Source: Candidatus Limnocylindria bacterium
GTDB taxonomy: Bacteria > Chloroflexota > Limnocylindria > Limnocylindrales > CSP1-4
Direction of reading: 5' to 3'
Assembly (NCBI GenBank): GCA_046566045.1
Contig: JBKHXL010000014.1
Span: forward strand, 4,917 to 68,916
Length of the DNA: 64,000 nt
The translations under genes were made by a program, and so were the position numbers. This document shows, piece after piece, positions 28,425-36,850 of the stretch (the first letter of the stretch is position 1; each line of letters begins with the position of its first letter). Below the pieces are notes generated by a model. The model saw only the letters and a list, made by a program, of their open reading frames with translations, made no database searches and was not told where the DNA came from.

Positions 28425-30631
28425 CCGAGCCCGCCGCGGGACCCGTCGGGCGGATGGTCCTCGACGGGCGGCCGACCGGTTTCGAGCCGGGCGACTCGGT
28501 GGCCGTGGCGATCGTGCGCGCCGGGGAGTCGCCCGGCCGCGGCGGCACGCTGTGCCTCGCCGGCGACTGCGGCAACTGCCTCGGCGTCGTCGACGGCGTG
28601 GCCTACGTGCGGACCTGCCAGGTGCCGGCCCGCCCCGGCCTGCGGGTCGAACGGCATCCGGGGAGCGGCAACCCGCCGCTCCCCGTGGTGGACGCCGGGA
28701 ACCCGGTCGTGGCGCCGCTCGGCCGCGACATCCCGGTCCGCCGCGCCACCGTCGAGACGGTCATCGTCGGTGGCGGCGAGGCCGGCCGGCGGGCCGCGGC
28801 CGAGCATCCCGCCGCCCTCCGGCTCGATGCGGCGGAGGGCGACGAGGTCGTCGCCGTGTACCCGGGCCCGACCGTCGTGGCGCGCACGCCCGCCGGGATG
28901 CTGCACGTGGAGACGGACGACATCATCGTCGCCACCGGCGCCGCCGAGATCCAGCCGGCCTGCCCCGGCAACGACCTCGACGGCCTGCTCACCCCGCGCG
29001 CCGCGGCGACGCTCCGGGCCGCGGGGGTCGCCCTGCCCGAGCCGATCGTGACCGTGGGCCCGGAGCTGACCCGGCTCGAGGGCGACGCGGGCGGGCGGGT
29101 CCGGTCGGTCGTCACCCGGGGACCGGACGGCAACGAGACGACGACCCCGGCACGGACCGTGATCGTCGATCTCGGCCTGGCGCCACGCGACCTGCTGGCG
29201 CGCATGGCCGCCCCCGGCACCGCGGTGACCGCGGTCGGCGCGGCGGCCGAGGCCCAGCCGCTCCCAGCGGCCCCGTCCGATCCCGCGGCCGTCGTGTGTC
29301 GCTGCATGGACGTCACGGTCGCCGATCTCGACGAGGCGTGGGCGAAGGGCTTCACCGAGCTCGAGCTCCTCAAGCGTGCGACGCTCGCCGGGATCGGGAC
29401 GTGCCAGGGTGGTGCCTGCCTGCCCCACGTCCGGGCCTGGATCGCGGCGCGGACCGGCGAGGTGCCGGATCCGTTCACGGCGCGGCCGGCGTCCCGCCAG
29501 ATCACCCTCGCCGAGGCCGCCGCGGATACCACGGTGGACGCCTTCCGGCGGACCCCGCTGCACGACGAGCACCTGGCCCTCGGCGCCCGGATGGACCGCT
29601 TCGGCTCGTGGTGGCGGCCGTGGCACTACGGCGACGCCGTGGCGGAATACTGGGCGGTCCGGACCGGGGTCTCGATCGGCGACGTGAGCACCCTCGGCAA
29701 GCTCGTGGTCAGCGGACCGGACGCGGTCGAGGCGCTCGAGCGGCTGTATCCGTGCCACGTCGCGGACATCAGGGTCGGCCGCTCGCGCTACGCCCTCCTG
29801 CTCGACGAGCGGGGCCACGTCCTGGACGACGGCATGATCCTGCGCGACGGGGAGACGCGCTTCACGCTGTCGTTCACGTCGGGCGGTGCGTCCAACGCCG
29901 AGATGTGGGTGCGCGACTGGGTCGACGAGTGGGGCCTGCGCGTGCACGTGATGGACCGGACGATGTCGCTCGGCGCGATCAACGTCACGGGGCCGCTCGC
30001 CGGGGAGCTGCTCGGCCGCCTCGGCCTGCCGGAGCCGCCGCGCTTCCTCGGGCATGTCCGGGCCGAGATCGCGGGCGTGCCCTGTCACGTCATGCGCCTG
30101 TCATTCACCGGCGAGGCCGCGCTCGAGCTGCACCACCCGATCGACCGCTCGGTCGAGCTGTGGCGGGCGCTCCTGGACGCCGGGCGGGACCTGGGCATCC
30201 GACCACACGGCCTGCAGGCCCTGTTCGGGCTACGCCTCGAGAAGGGCCACGTCATCGTCGGCATGGACACCGAGCTCGATACCACGCCCCATCGGCTGGG
30301 CATGGACTGGGCGGTACGCATGGACAAGCCGCGGTTCATCGGTCGCGGCGCCCTCGCCCGCGTGGCGACGCTGCCCGACGAGCGCCGCTGGGTCGGGTTC
30401 ACGATGGACGGCCCGGCGCCGGTCGAGGGCACGCCGATCCTCGACGTCGATGGCCGCGAGGTCATCGGCAACGTGACGGGGAGCTGGCACTCCCCGCTGC
30501 TGGGCAGGGCCCTGATGCTCGGCTGGCAACGGCGCCCGCCGCACCCGGAGCGTGTCCGCATCGACGGGCGCGAGGCGGTCGTGACCGCCACGCCGTTCTA
30601 CGACCCGGAGGGCCACCGTGCCCGGGCGTGA
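28421..30631 (+). CDS. soxA: Sarcosine oxidase alpha subunit (heterotetrameric SoxA-type)
   Basis: 736 aa: N-terminal 2Fe-2S-like Cys cluster (CLAGDCGNC), NAD/FAD-binding fold, and C-terminal GcvT domain. GTGA overlap with the upstream gene. The 1513-aa track ORF is an in-frame read-through artefact. Confidence 0.85.
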   Translation: MTEPAAGPVGRMVLDGRPTGFEPGDSVAVAIVRAGESPGRGGTLCLAGDCGNCLGVVDGVAYVRTCQVPARPGLRVERHPGSGNPPLPVVDAGNPVVAPLGRDIPVRRATVETVIVGGGEAGRRAAAEHPAALRLDAAEGDEVVAVYPGPTVVARTPAGMLHVETDDIIVATGAAEIQPACPGNDLDGLLTPRAAATLRAAGVALPEPIVTVGPELTRLEGDAGGRVRSVVTRGPDGNETTTPARTVIVDLGLAPRDLLARMAAPGTAVTAVGAAAEAQPLPAAPSDPAAVVCRCMDVTVADLDEAWAKGFTELELLKRATLAGIGTCQGGACLPHVRAWIAARTGEVPDPFTARPASRQITLAEAAADTTVDAFRRTPLHDEHLALGARMDRFGSWWRPWHYGDAVAEYWAVRTGVSIGDVSTLGKLVVSGPDAVEALERLYPCHVADIRVGRSRYALLLDERGHVLDDGMILRDGETRFTLSFTSGGASNAEMWVRDWVDEWGLRVHVMDRTMSLGAINVTGPLAGELLGRLGLPEPPRFLGHVRAEIAGVPCHVMRLSFTGEAALELHHPIDRSVELWRALLDAGRDLGIRPHGLQALFGLRLEKGHVIVGMDTELDTTPHRLGMDWAVRMDKPRFIGRGALARVATLPDERRWVGFTMDGPAPVEGTPILDVDGREVIGNVTGSWHSPLLGRALMLGWQRRPPHPERVRIDGREAVVTATPFYDPEGHRARA

Positions 30632-30998
30632 GCGGATGCCCGGCGTGCGGGTGGTGGCCGAGCCGGCCGCCCTCGATGGCGCGCGCTGGGCCGGCGATGG
30701 GGTCATCGTCCTGCGGACCGCTCCGGACGAGGCGCTGGCCCTGGGCGCGACCGGTGTCGAGGTCGCCGATCCGCACGCCATCGTCGAGGCCGACGCCGGC
30801 TTCGTCGGCGGGCCCGTGGATCTCGAGCGGGTCATGGCCCATGTCGAGTGGGGGCTGCCCGCCGAGCGCCCGGCCCTCGCCCAGGGTTCGATCGCGGGCG
30901 TGCCGGCGAAGCTGTGGCTGACCGATGCGGGCGCGCTCCTGGTCGTCCAGGCGGCCTGGGCCGACGAGCTCGCCGAGCGGATCGGGTGGCGGGCATGA
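30618..30998 (+). CDS. soxG: Sarcosine oxidase gamma subunit
   Basis: About 120 aa, small subunit, in the position and size expected of SoxG. Start is GTG 30618 or ATG 30636. Confidence 0.6.
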   Translation: MPGRERMPGVRVVAEPAALDGARWAGDGVIVLRTAPDEALALGATGVEVADPHAIVEADAGFVGGPVDLERVMAHVEWGLPAERPALAQGSIAGVPAKLWLTDAGALLVVQAAWADELAERIGWRA

Positions 30999-32215
30999 GC
31001 GACTACACCCGGACCCTGCTTCCGATCCGCTGGCCCGACGGGCCGCCCAAGCGCAGATACGACGTGGTCATCATCGGCGGCGGCGGCCACGGGCTGTCCA
31101 CCGCCTACCACCTCGCGACTCGCCACGGGATCACCAACGTGGCGGTCATCGAGGCCGACTACATCGCCAGCGGCAACACGGGCCGGAACACGACCATCAT
31201 CCGGGCCAACTACGGCATCCCGGAGGCGGTCCGCTTCTACCAGCACTCCCTCGAGAAGTACCAGGAGCTGGAACAGGAGACCGGCGCCGCGATCCTGCAC
31301 CAGACCAAGGGCGTCATCTGGCTCGCCCATACCGAGATGGCGATGCGCACCGAGCGCGCCCGGTGCGTGCTGAACCAGGCCGTCGGCGCGGAGACCATGA
31401 TGCGGACGCCGGCCGAGCTCAAGGCCCTCATCCCGCAGCTGGACCTGACCGGTGGCGGCCGCTATCCGGTGCTCGGCGGCTCGCACCACGTCCAGGGGGC
31501 GACCGCCCGCCACGATCGGGTCGCCTGGGCCTACGCCAGCATCGCGTCGCAACGTGGGGTGGACATCTTCCAGCACACCGCGGTCACGGCGATCCGGCGC
31601 GACCGTGACGGCGGGCGGGTCATCGGGGTGGATACGACGGCCGGCCCGATCGACGCCGGCGCGGTCCTGTCGGCGGCCGGTGGGCGCGTGACCCAGGTCG
31701 CGGCGATGGCCGGCCTGCGCCTGCCGGTGCGGACCCATCCGCTGCACGCCTTCGTGACCAACGACTACGCCCTGGGATTCCCCGCCGTCCTGGCCAGCAC
31801 CGAGCTCGCCTGCTACGTGTCCCAGACCGATCGCGGCCAGATGCTCATCGGCGCCGAGTTCGACAGTCAGCCCTCGTACTCGCGCCAGTCGTCGTACAGC
31901 GCCCTGCGCTCGTACAGTTACAAGATCACGCGCCTGCTGCCGTTCCTGCGCGACATGCGCATCCTGCGCACGTGGGCGGGCATCTGCGACATCTCGGTCG
32001 ATTTCTCGCCGATCATGAGCGCCACCGGCATCGACGGCTTCTACGTCACGACCGGCTGGGGCACCTGGGGCTTCAAGGCCATCCCGGCCGGCGGGGAGGG
32101 CATGGCCGAGCTCATCGCCACGGGTCGGCCACCGGCCCTCATCGCGCCATTCACCCTCGAGCGCTTCCGGCGCGACCACGCGCTGGCCGACGCCGGGTCG
32201 ACGGGAACGCGCTGA
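30995..32215 (+). CDS. soxB: Sarcosine oxidase beta subunit
   Basis: 406 aa, DAO-family flavoprotein (YDVVIIGGGGHGLSTAYHLA; covalent-FAD His context HGxS). ATGA overlap with soxG. Confidence 0.9.
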   Translation: MSDYTRTLLPIRWPDGPPKRRYDVVIIGGGGHGLSTAYHLATRHGITNVAVIEADYIASGNTGRNTTIIRANYGIPEAVRFYQHSLEKYQELEQETGAAILHQTKGVIWLAHTEMAMRTERARCVLNQAVGAETMMRTPAELKALIPQLDLTGGGRYPVLGGSHHVQGATARHDRVAWAYASIASQRGVDIFQHTAVTAIRRDRDGGRVIGVDTTAGPIDAGAVLSAAGGRVTQVAAMAGLRLPVRTHPLHAFVTNDYALGFPAVLASTELACYVSQTDRGQMLIGAEFDSQPSYSRQSSYSALRSYSYKITRLLPFLRDMRILRTWAGICDISVDFSPIMSATGIDGFYVTTGWGTWGFKAIPAGGEGMAELIATGRPPALIAPFTLERFRRDHALADAGSTGTR

Positions 32216-32228
32216 TGGGCGGCCGCTG

Positions 32229-32471
32229 ATGCACCACCTCGACTGCCCGCGCTGCGGCCGCCGGCCGCTGGAGGAGTTCACCTTCGGCGGCGAGCGTCGC
32301 CCGGTGCCCGACACCATCACCGACCCGGACGAGCGTGACTTCGACGAGGTCTGGATCCTCGAGAACCCGGACGGTGAGACGACCGAGCGCTGGTTCCACG
32401 GTCACGGCTGCCGGCGCTGGCTGACCGTCCGGCGCGACACGTCGATCGACCGCGTGCTGGAGGTGCGCTGA
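32229..32471 (+). CDS. soxD: Sarcosine oxidase delta subunit
   Basis: 80 aa with a Zn-ribbon-like pattern (CPRCG ... HGHGCRRW), typical of SoxD. Confidence 0.8.
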   Translation: MHHLDCPRCGRRPLEEFTFGGERRPVPDTITDPDERDFDEVWILENPDGETTERWFHGHGCRRWLTVRRDTSIDRVLEVR

Positions 32472-32472
32472 G

Positions 32473-33669
32473 GTGCCCGCGCTCGCGGATCGGGCCTGGG
32501 AGCACGAGTTGCGCGGTCGCATCCGCTTCGGGGTCGGCGCGGTCGAGGCGCTGCCCGAGCTGATCTCGGCGGCGGACCCGGCCGGGGGCCGGCGGGCGTT
32601 CATCGTCACCGACCCCGGGGTCCTGGCCTCGGGCGTCATCGAGCGCGTGCGCGGCGTGCTCGCCGGCGGCGGCATCGAGACGGGTGTGTATGCCGCGGTG
32701 GAACCGAACCCGGGCACGAGCTCGATCCTGCGCGGGTCGGCGGCGCTGACCGCGTTCGGGGTGCCGCAGACGGTCATCCTGCCGGTCGGCGGGGGCTCGT
32801 CGATGGACAGCGCCAAGGTCATCTCGCTCCACGCCGCGAACGGCGGCGGCGTCCTGGAGCTCGGCTATCACCGCGACGACATCGTGCCGGGCGGTCCGGT
32901 CATCGCCGTCCCGACGACCGCCGGGACCGGGGCCGAGACCAACACCTACGGGGTCATCACCGACGAGGCGGCCGGGCGCAAGGGGTACGTCGGGCACCCG
33001 TCCGTGCTGCCGGTCTGGTCCGTGCTGGATCCGGCGCTCACCGTGGGACTCCCGCCGCGCGCGACCGCCGCGACCGGGGTGGACGCGATGACCCACTCGC
33101 TCGAGTCGCTGCTGTCCCGCAACCCGAACCCGTTCGCCGAGGGCATCGCCCTGCAGGTCATCCGCACCGTCCGTGCGTGGCTGCCGCGGGCCGTCGCCGA
33201 CGGCTCGGACCTGGAGGCGCGCAGCCAGCTGCTGATGGCCTCGCACCTGGCCGGGATCGGCCAGCAGAGCGGGACCGGGGTGGGCCTGGTCCACGCGCTC
33301 GGACACGCGATCGGGACGCGCGGGCGGCTCCCCCACGGGCTGGCGCTCGCGGTCGTCATGCCCGAGGTCATGGCCTTCTACGCCGACGATCATGGGTCGC
33401 GGGATCGGGAGCTGGCGCTCGTCGGGGTCGCACTCGGCGCGGCCTCACCGACCGAGGACCCGGCGACCGGCGCGGTGGCCGCCATCGGCGCGATGCGCAC
33501 GTTCCTGTCGTCGGTCGGCCTGCGGCCGTCCCTCCGCTCGCTCGGCTTCGACGACGCGCTGCTCGACGTGGTCGCCCAGGACGCCATCGACGACGCCGCG
33601 ATCGACAACTCCCCGCGGCTGCCGACGTTCGACCAGGCGCGCGCGATCCTGGGCTCTGTCCTGGGCTGA
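32473..33669 (+). CDS. Iron-containing (group III) alcohol dehydrogenase
   Basis: 398 aa. Fe-ADH motifs are present: GGGSSMDSAKV, and the His cluster HAL/GHAIG. Confidence 0.85.
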   Translation: MPALADRAWEHELRGRIRFGVGAVEALPELISAADPAGGRRAFIVTDPGVLASGVIERVRGVLAGGGIETGVYAAVEPNPGTSSILRGSAALTAFGVPQTVILPVGGGSSMDSAKVISLHAANGGGVLELGYHRDDIVPGGPVIAVPTTAGTGAETNTYGVITDEAAGRKGYVGHPSVLPVWSVLDPALTVGLPPRATAATGVDAMTHSLESLLSRNPNPFAEGIALQVIRTVRAWLPRAVADGSDLEARSQLLMASHLAGIGQQSGTGVGLVHALGHAIGTRGRLPHGLALAVVMPEVMAFYADDHGSRDRELALVGVALGAASPTEDPATGAVAAIGAMRTFLSSVGLRPSLRSLGFDDALLDVVAQDAIDDAAIDNSPRLPTFDQARAILGSVLG

Positions 33670-33689
33670 CGGCCACCCGCGGCGGTCCG

Positions 33690-34030
33690 CGCCCGGCCCG
33701 TCCGCCCCGGCCCGTCCGTCGGACCTGCCCGGCGTGGCCCGGCCCGGCGTGGCCCGGCCCGTGCGCCGCGGCCTCGCCCCGGCCCGGCCTCGCCCCATCC
33801 GGCCACGCCCCATCCGGCCCGGCCGTCCGCCCCGGCCCGTCCGCCCCGGCCCGTCCGGCCCCGGCCCGTCCGGCCACGCCCCGTCCGACCTGGCCCGTCC
33901 GCCCCGGCCCGCACGTCGCCTCGACCGCCGTGGCCCGCCCCGGCCCGGCCTCGCCCCATCCGGCCACGCCCCGTCCGGCCCGGCCGTCCGCCCCGGTCCG
34001 TCCCGTCCACCCCCGGTCCGCCACTCCGCC
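33690..34030. repeat. C-rich low-complexity degenerate tandem repeats (cggcccgtccg(c/g)cccgg units); G-rich, G4-capable on the minus strand
   Basis: About 340 bp of direct repeats built from the cccgtcc / ccggccc motif. They translate in a shadow frame to PGPSGHAPS runs. No coding signal. Confidence 0.7.
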
Positions 34031-34175
34031 GTGCTTCAGAGGCTGCAGATCGACCTCGAAGGCCGACCATGGCACACCCTCGGCCTGGATCCGTGCCTGT
34101 GAGGCCCGTTCGGGCGTCGAGGCGCACCGGCCCGGAGGCTACAGGGCCTGGCTGCAGTCTCTGAAGCACGCACGA

Positions 34176-34375
34176 TCGTCGCGCGGCCCTCGATGGGCCT
34201 GCGGCGGCCATCGGCGGGGTGGACGGCACCGGCCCGGGGACGGGACGCGGCCTCAGCCTGGGACGATCGTCGCGCGGCCCTCGATGGGCCTTGCGGCGAC
34301 CATCGGCGCGGTGGACGGCACCGGCCCGGGGACGGGACGCGGCCTCAGCCTGGGACGATCGTCGCGCGGGCCTCC
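34176..34375. repeat. About 88-bp direct tandem repeat, 2.2 copies, preceded by a 17-bp inverted-repeat pair (34031-34047 and 34151-34167)
   Basis: Copy 1 at 34176-34263 and copy 2 at 34264-34351 are about 92% identical, with a partial third copy. The inverted pair tgcttcagaggctgcag / ctgcagtctctgaagca brackets about 100 bp. Confidence 0.7.
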
Positions 34376-34658
34376 GGGCGCGACCCACGGATGGCGCGCG
34401 GGATCTCGGCCACGCGTTCGACCTCGGCCATGATCGCGCGGTGAGGCCTCCGGGGCCGGGCGATCGCGCGGCGAGGCTCGCGGGCCGCAGCCGGACGAGG
34501 CGGCCTCACGGCTGGCCCCGCCTGGATCCCAGACCGTCGCCGCCGGCCGCAGCCGGTCGATCGACGACGACGATGGCCGCCGCGCCGTGCCCGCGGGTGG
34601 TCGGCGCGGCGCCCGGCCTGACGCCCAAGGTCCGCCGCCGCCGGCCTGGCGACGTCGC

Positions 34659-35609
34659 CTACCCCGCGTCGACGAGCGACTTGACCTCGCCGATGAAGCG
34701 CTCCATGGTCTCGACGTCGTACGGCGCCGGCTGCTCGGACAGGACGGTCGTGAACCCGAGCTCGACGTAGGGTCGGAGCCGGTCCGCGATCTCCATCGGT
34801 GAACCCTCCCAGAAGGTGTCGTCGTCCTCGATGTCGGTGAGCGGGGTCCGGTTGCGGGCCATCGCCGCGTCGCGGACGCGACGCGCCTCAGCCCGGTCGT
34901 CGCGGATGGTCAGCTTCACCCCGAGGGTGAACTCGATCTCCGAGATGTCGCGGCCGACGATCGCGCAATGCTCCCTGAGCACCTCGACCTTGCGGGCCAT
35001 CACCTCCACCGGCCCCATCGCGTTCCACATGTCCGCGTACATGGCGACCGTACGCAGCGTCTTCTTCTCGCCGCTCCCCCCGATCATGATCGGCAGGCGC
35101 GGCTGGAGCGGCAGCGGGCTGTGGCGCAGGTCGTCGAACGCGTAGCGACCACCAGGCGGTGAGGTGACCGCCCGGCCATCGAGCAGGGCCCGCATCGCGG
35201 CGACCGACTCGTGCATCCAGTCCAGGCGCTGGCCGAAGCCGCTCCCGAACTCGATGCCGTGCGCCGTGTGCTCAGGCTCCATCCAGGCCCCTCCGATGCC
35301 GAGGATGGCCCGACCGCCGCTGATGTGATCGAGGGTGGCGGCCGACTTGGCCATCAGGCCCGGATTGCGGAACGTGTTGGCCCCGACGAGCAGGCCGAGG
35401 CGCGTCCGCTCGGTCGCCATGGCCCACGCGGCCAGGGTCGTCCAGCCCTCGACGATCGGCTGGTACGGGTCGCCGAAGATGGCGTACAGGTGGTCCCAGG
35501 TCCAGAGCGTGTCGTAGCCGAGGCGATCGACGCGCGTCGCAGCATCGAGCATCTCCGGCCAGGTCGCCGCCTGGCTCCAGAGCAGCAGGCCGGTCTTGAG
35601 GTCGGTCAT
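34659..35609 (-). CDS. LLM-class (luciferase-like monooxygenase) flavin/F420-dependent oxidoreductase
   Basis: 316 aa from ATG 35609, TIM-barrel LLM sequence (WTWDHLYAIFGDPYQPIVEGWTTLAAWAMATERTRLGLLV). The track ORF's N-terminal SRPVP extension is the translated microsatellite and is rejected. Confidence 0.8.
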   Translation of the reverse strand: MTDLKTGLLLWSQAATWPEMLDAATRVDRLGYDTLWTWDHLYAIFGDPYQPIVEGWTTLAAWAMATERTRLGLLVGANTFRNPGLMAKSAATLDHISGGRAILGIGGAWMEPEHTAHGIEFGSGFGQRLDWMHESVAAMRALLDGRAVTSPPGGRYAFDDLRHSPLPLQPRLPIMIGGSGEKKTLRTVAMYADMWNAMGPVEVMARKVEVLREHCAIVGRDISEIEFTLGVKLTIRDDRAEARRVRDAAMARNRTPLTDIEDDDTFWEGSPMEIADRLRPYVELGFTTVLSEQPAPYDVETMERFIGEVKSLVDAG

Positions 35610-35627
35610 GGGGTCGCGCAAGCCTCC

Positions 35628-35738
35628 AGGGACGGGACGGGGACGGGACGGGGACGAGGACGGGACGGGACGGGACGGGGACGGGACGGGGACGGGACGG
35701 GACGGGACGGGACGGGACGGGACGGGTCGGGACGGGTC
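35628..35738 (+). repeat. (GGGAC)/(GGGGAC)n microsatellite, about 21 units, 19-130 bp upstream of the LLM gene start; canonical G-quadruplex motif on the plus strand
   Basis: The sequence reads gggacgggacggggacgggacggggacgaggacgggacgggacgggacggggacgggacgggg..., ending in gggtcgggacgggtcggg. It mixes 5- and 6-nt units. Confidence 0.85.
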
Positions 35739-35931
35739 GGGCTCCCAGTCTAGGCTCGATCCGTGCATGGCCGCGGCCATCGCGCATGCTGGTGGTGCGA
35801 CGTTCGCCAAGGAACTCGGGCCAGTCGCCACCGGTCAGGGGCACGCGGGAGACCAGGCACGCGAGAGGCCAGGCACGCGCGACACGGCGAGACGTGCCGC
35901 GCCACGGGCCGCCATCCGGCTTACGGCCCGC

Positions 35932-36213
35932 CTACGCTCGATCGAGCTCGCGGTCGATGGCGCGCAGGATGAAGCGCGCCGCCTCGGCCGACTTGCCGCC
36001 GAGCTTCGCGCCCTCGTCCTGCTCGAGCGCGCGCATGAGGTCGGCCAGGAACAGGTCCATCGACGCGGTCCGCTCGAGCGATCCGTCGGCGAACGCGGCC
36101 TCGAGGCGCGCCACGGCGGCCCGGGCGTTGTCCACCGTGTGGCCCTTGGCGCCGATCAGCTCGCGCACCTCCGCGCGCGCCCGGTCCGCGCCCGCGCCCG
36201 ACGACGGGCTCAC
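35932..36213 (-). CDS. Small hypothetical protein (93 aa), translationally coupled downstream of the GNAT gene
   Basis: GTG at 36213-36211 overlaps the GNAT stop (GTGA). The helical, charged sequence ...DLFLADLMRALEQDEGAKLGGKSAEAARFILRAIDRELDRA is coding-like. No family recognised. The longer 214-aa track ORF is rejected. Confidence 0.4.
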   Translation of the reverse strand: MSPSSGAGADRARAEVRELIGAKGHTVDNARAAVARLEAAFADGSLERTASMDLFLADLMRALEQDEGAKLGGKSAEAARFILRAIDRELDRA

Positions 36214-36824
36214 GACGCCCGACCGGCCAGCGGCTCGACATCCGCCACCGGGGTGCCCCGGTCGGCGCGCGATGCCCGCCAGTCCGACTCCAGCACGCTC
36301 ATGGCGATCTCGTCCCACCAGCGGCCGTCCCGGAAGACCGACTCGCGCGAGCGCCCCTCGACCACGAACCCGCAGCGCCGATAGGCGCGCATGGCCCGCT
36401 CGTTGAACTCGAACACGAACAGGGCGATCCGGTGCAGGCCGAGCACCCCGAAGGCGTGATCGAGCATCAGCTGGGTGGCCTCGGTGCCCATGCCCTGTCC
36501 CCAGGCGTCCTTCTCGCCGATGGTGATGTGGTAGAGCGCCGAGCCGTTGTCGCCGTCGAGCTGGCTGAACGCGCACGTCCCCACCAGCCGATCCGTCGCC
36601 CGGTCATGGATGGCCATCGCCAGGGCCTCGGGTCCGAGGACCCGGACGGCGAAGAACCGGTCGATCTCCTCGGCCCGCATCGGGGCCTCCTGGTAGCGTG
36701 CCAGCCGGGCGATCTCCGGGTCCGAATACCAGCGCCGGAACCGCTCGAGGTTCGCCGGCACGTGGCGCCGCAGGATCACGCGCGATCCGACGATCGAGTC
36801 CGGGAACCAGGCGCGGGGCACCAT
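36210..36824 (-). CDS. GNAT family N-acetyltransferase (RimJ/RimL-like)
   Basis: 204 aa from ATG 36824. The acetyl-CoA-binding motif (AMRAYRRCGF; Q/RxxGxG/A = GQGMGTEA) is present. Confidence 0.8.
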   Translation of the reverse strand: MVPRAWFPDSIVGSRVILRRHVPANLERFRRWYSDPEIARLARYQEAPMRAEEIDRFFAVRVLGPEALAMAIHDRATDRLVGTCAFSQLDGDNGSALYHITIGEKDAWGQGMGTEATQLMLDHAFGVLGLHRIALFVFEFNERAMRAYRRCGFVVEGRSRESVFRDGRWWDEIAMSVLESDWRASRADRGTPVADVEPLAGRAS

Positions 36825-36850
36825 GCGCGGAACCGTATACCATCCCGCCA

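Noticed and set aside
26090-30631. 1513-aa plus-strand giant ORF
   Set aside because: An in-frame read-through artefact. Only its last 736 aa (from GTG 28421) form the sarcosine oxidase alpha subunit. The upstream part is an Arg-rich out-of-frame shadow of the DMGDH-like gene.
33392-34102. 236-aa plus-strand ORF across the C-rich repeat region
   Set aside because: Its translation is a PGPS/RPxR low-complexity run produced by the microsatellite. No start context. The region is treated as non-coding repeats.
34659-35831. Full 390-aa track ORF for the LLM oxidoreductase with the N-terminal (SRPVP)n stretch
   Set aside because: The extension is the translated GGGAC microsatellite. The conserved LLM domain begins at the ATG at 35609.
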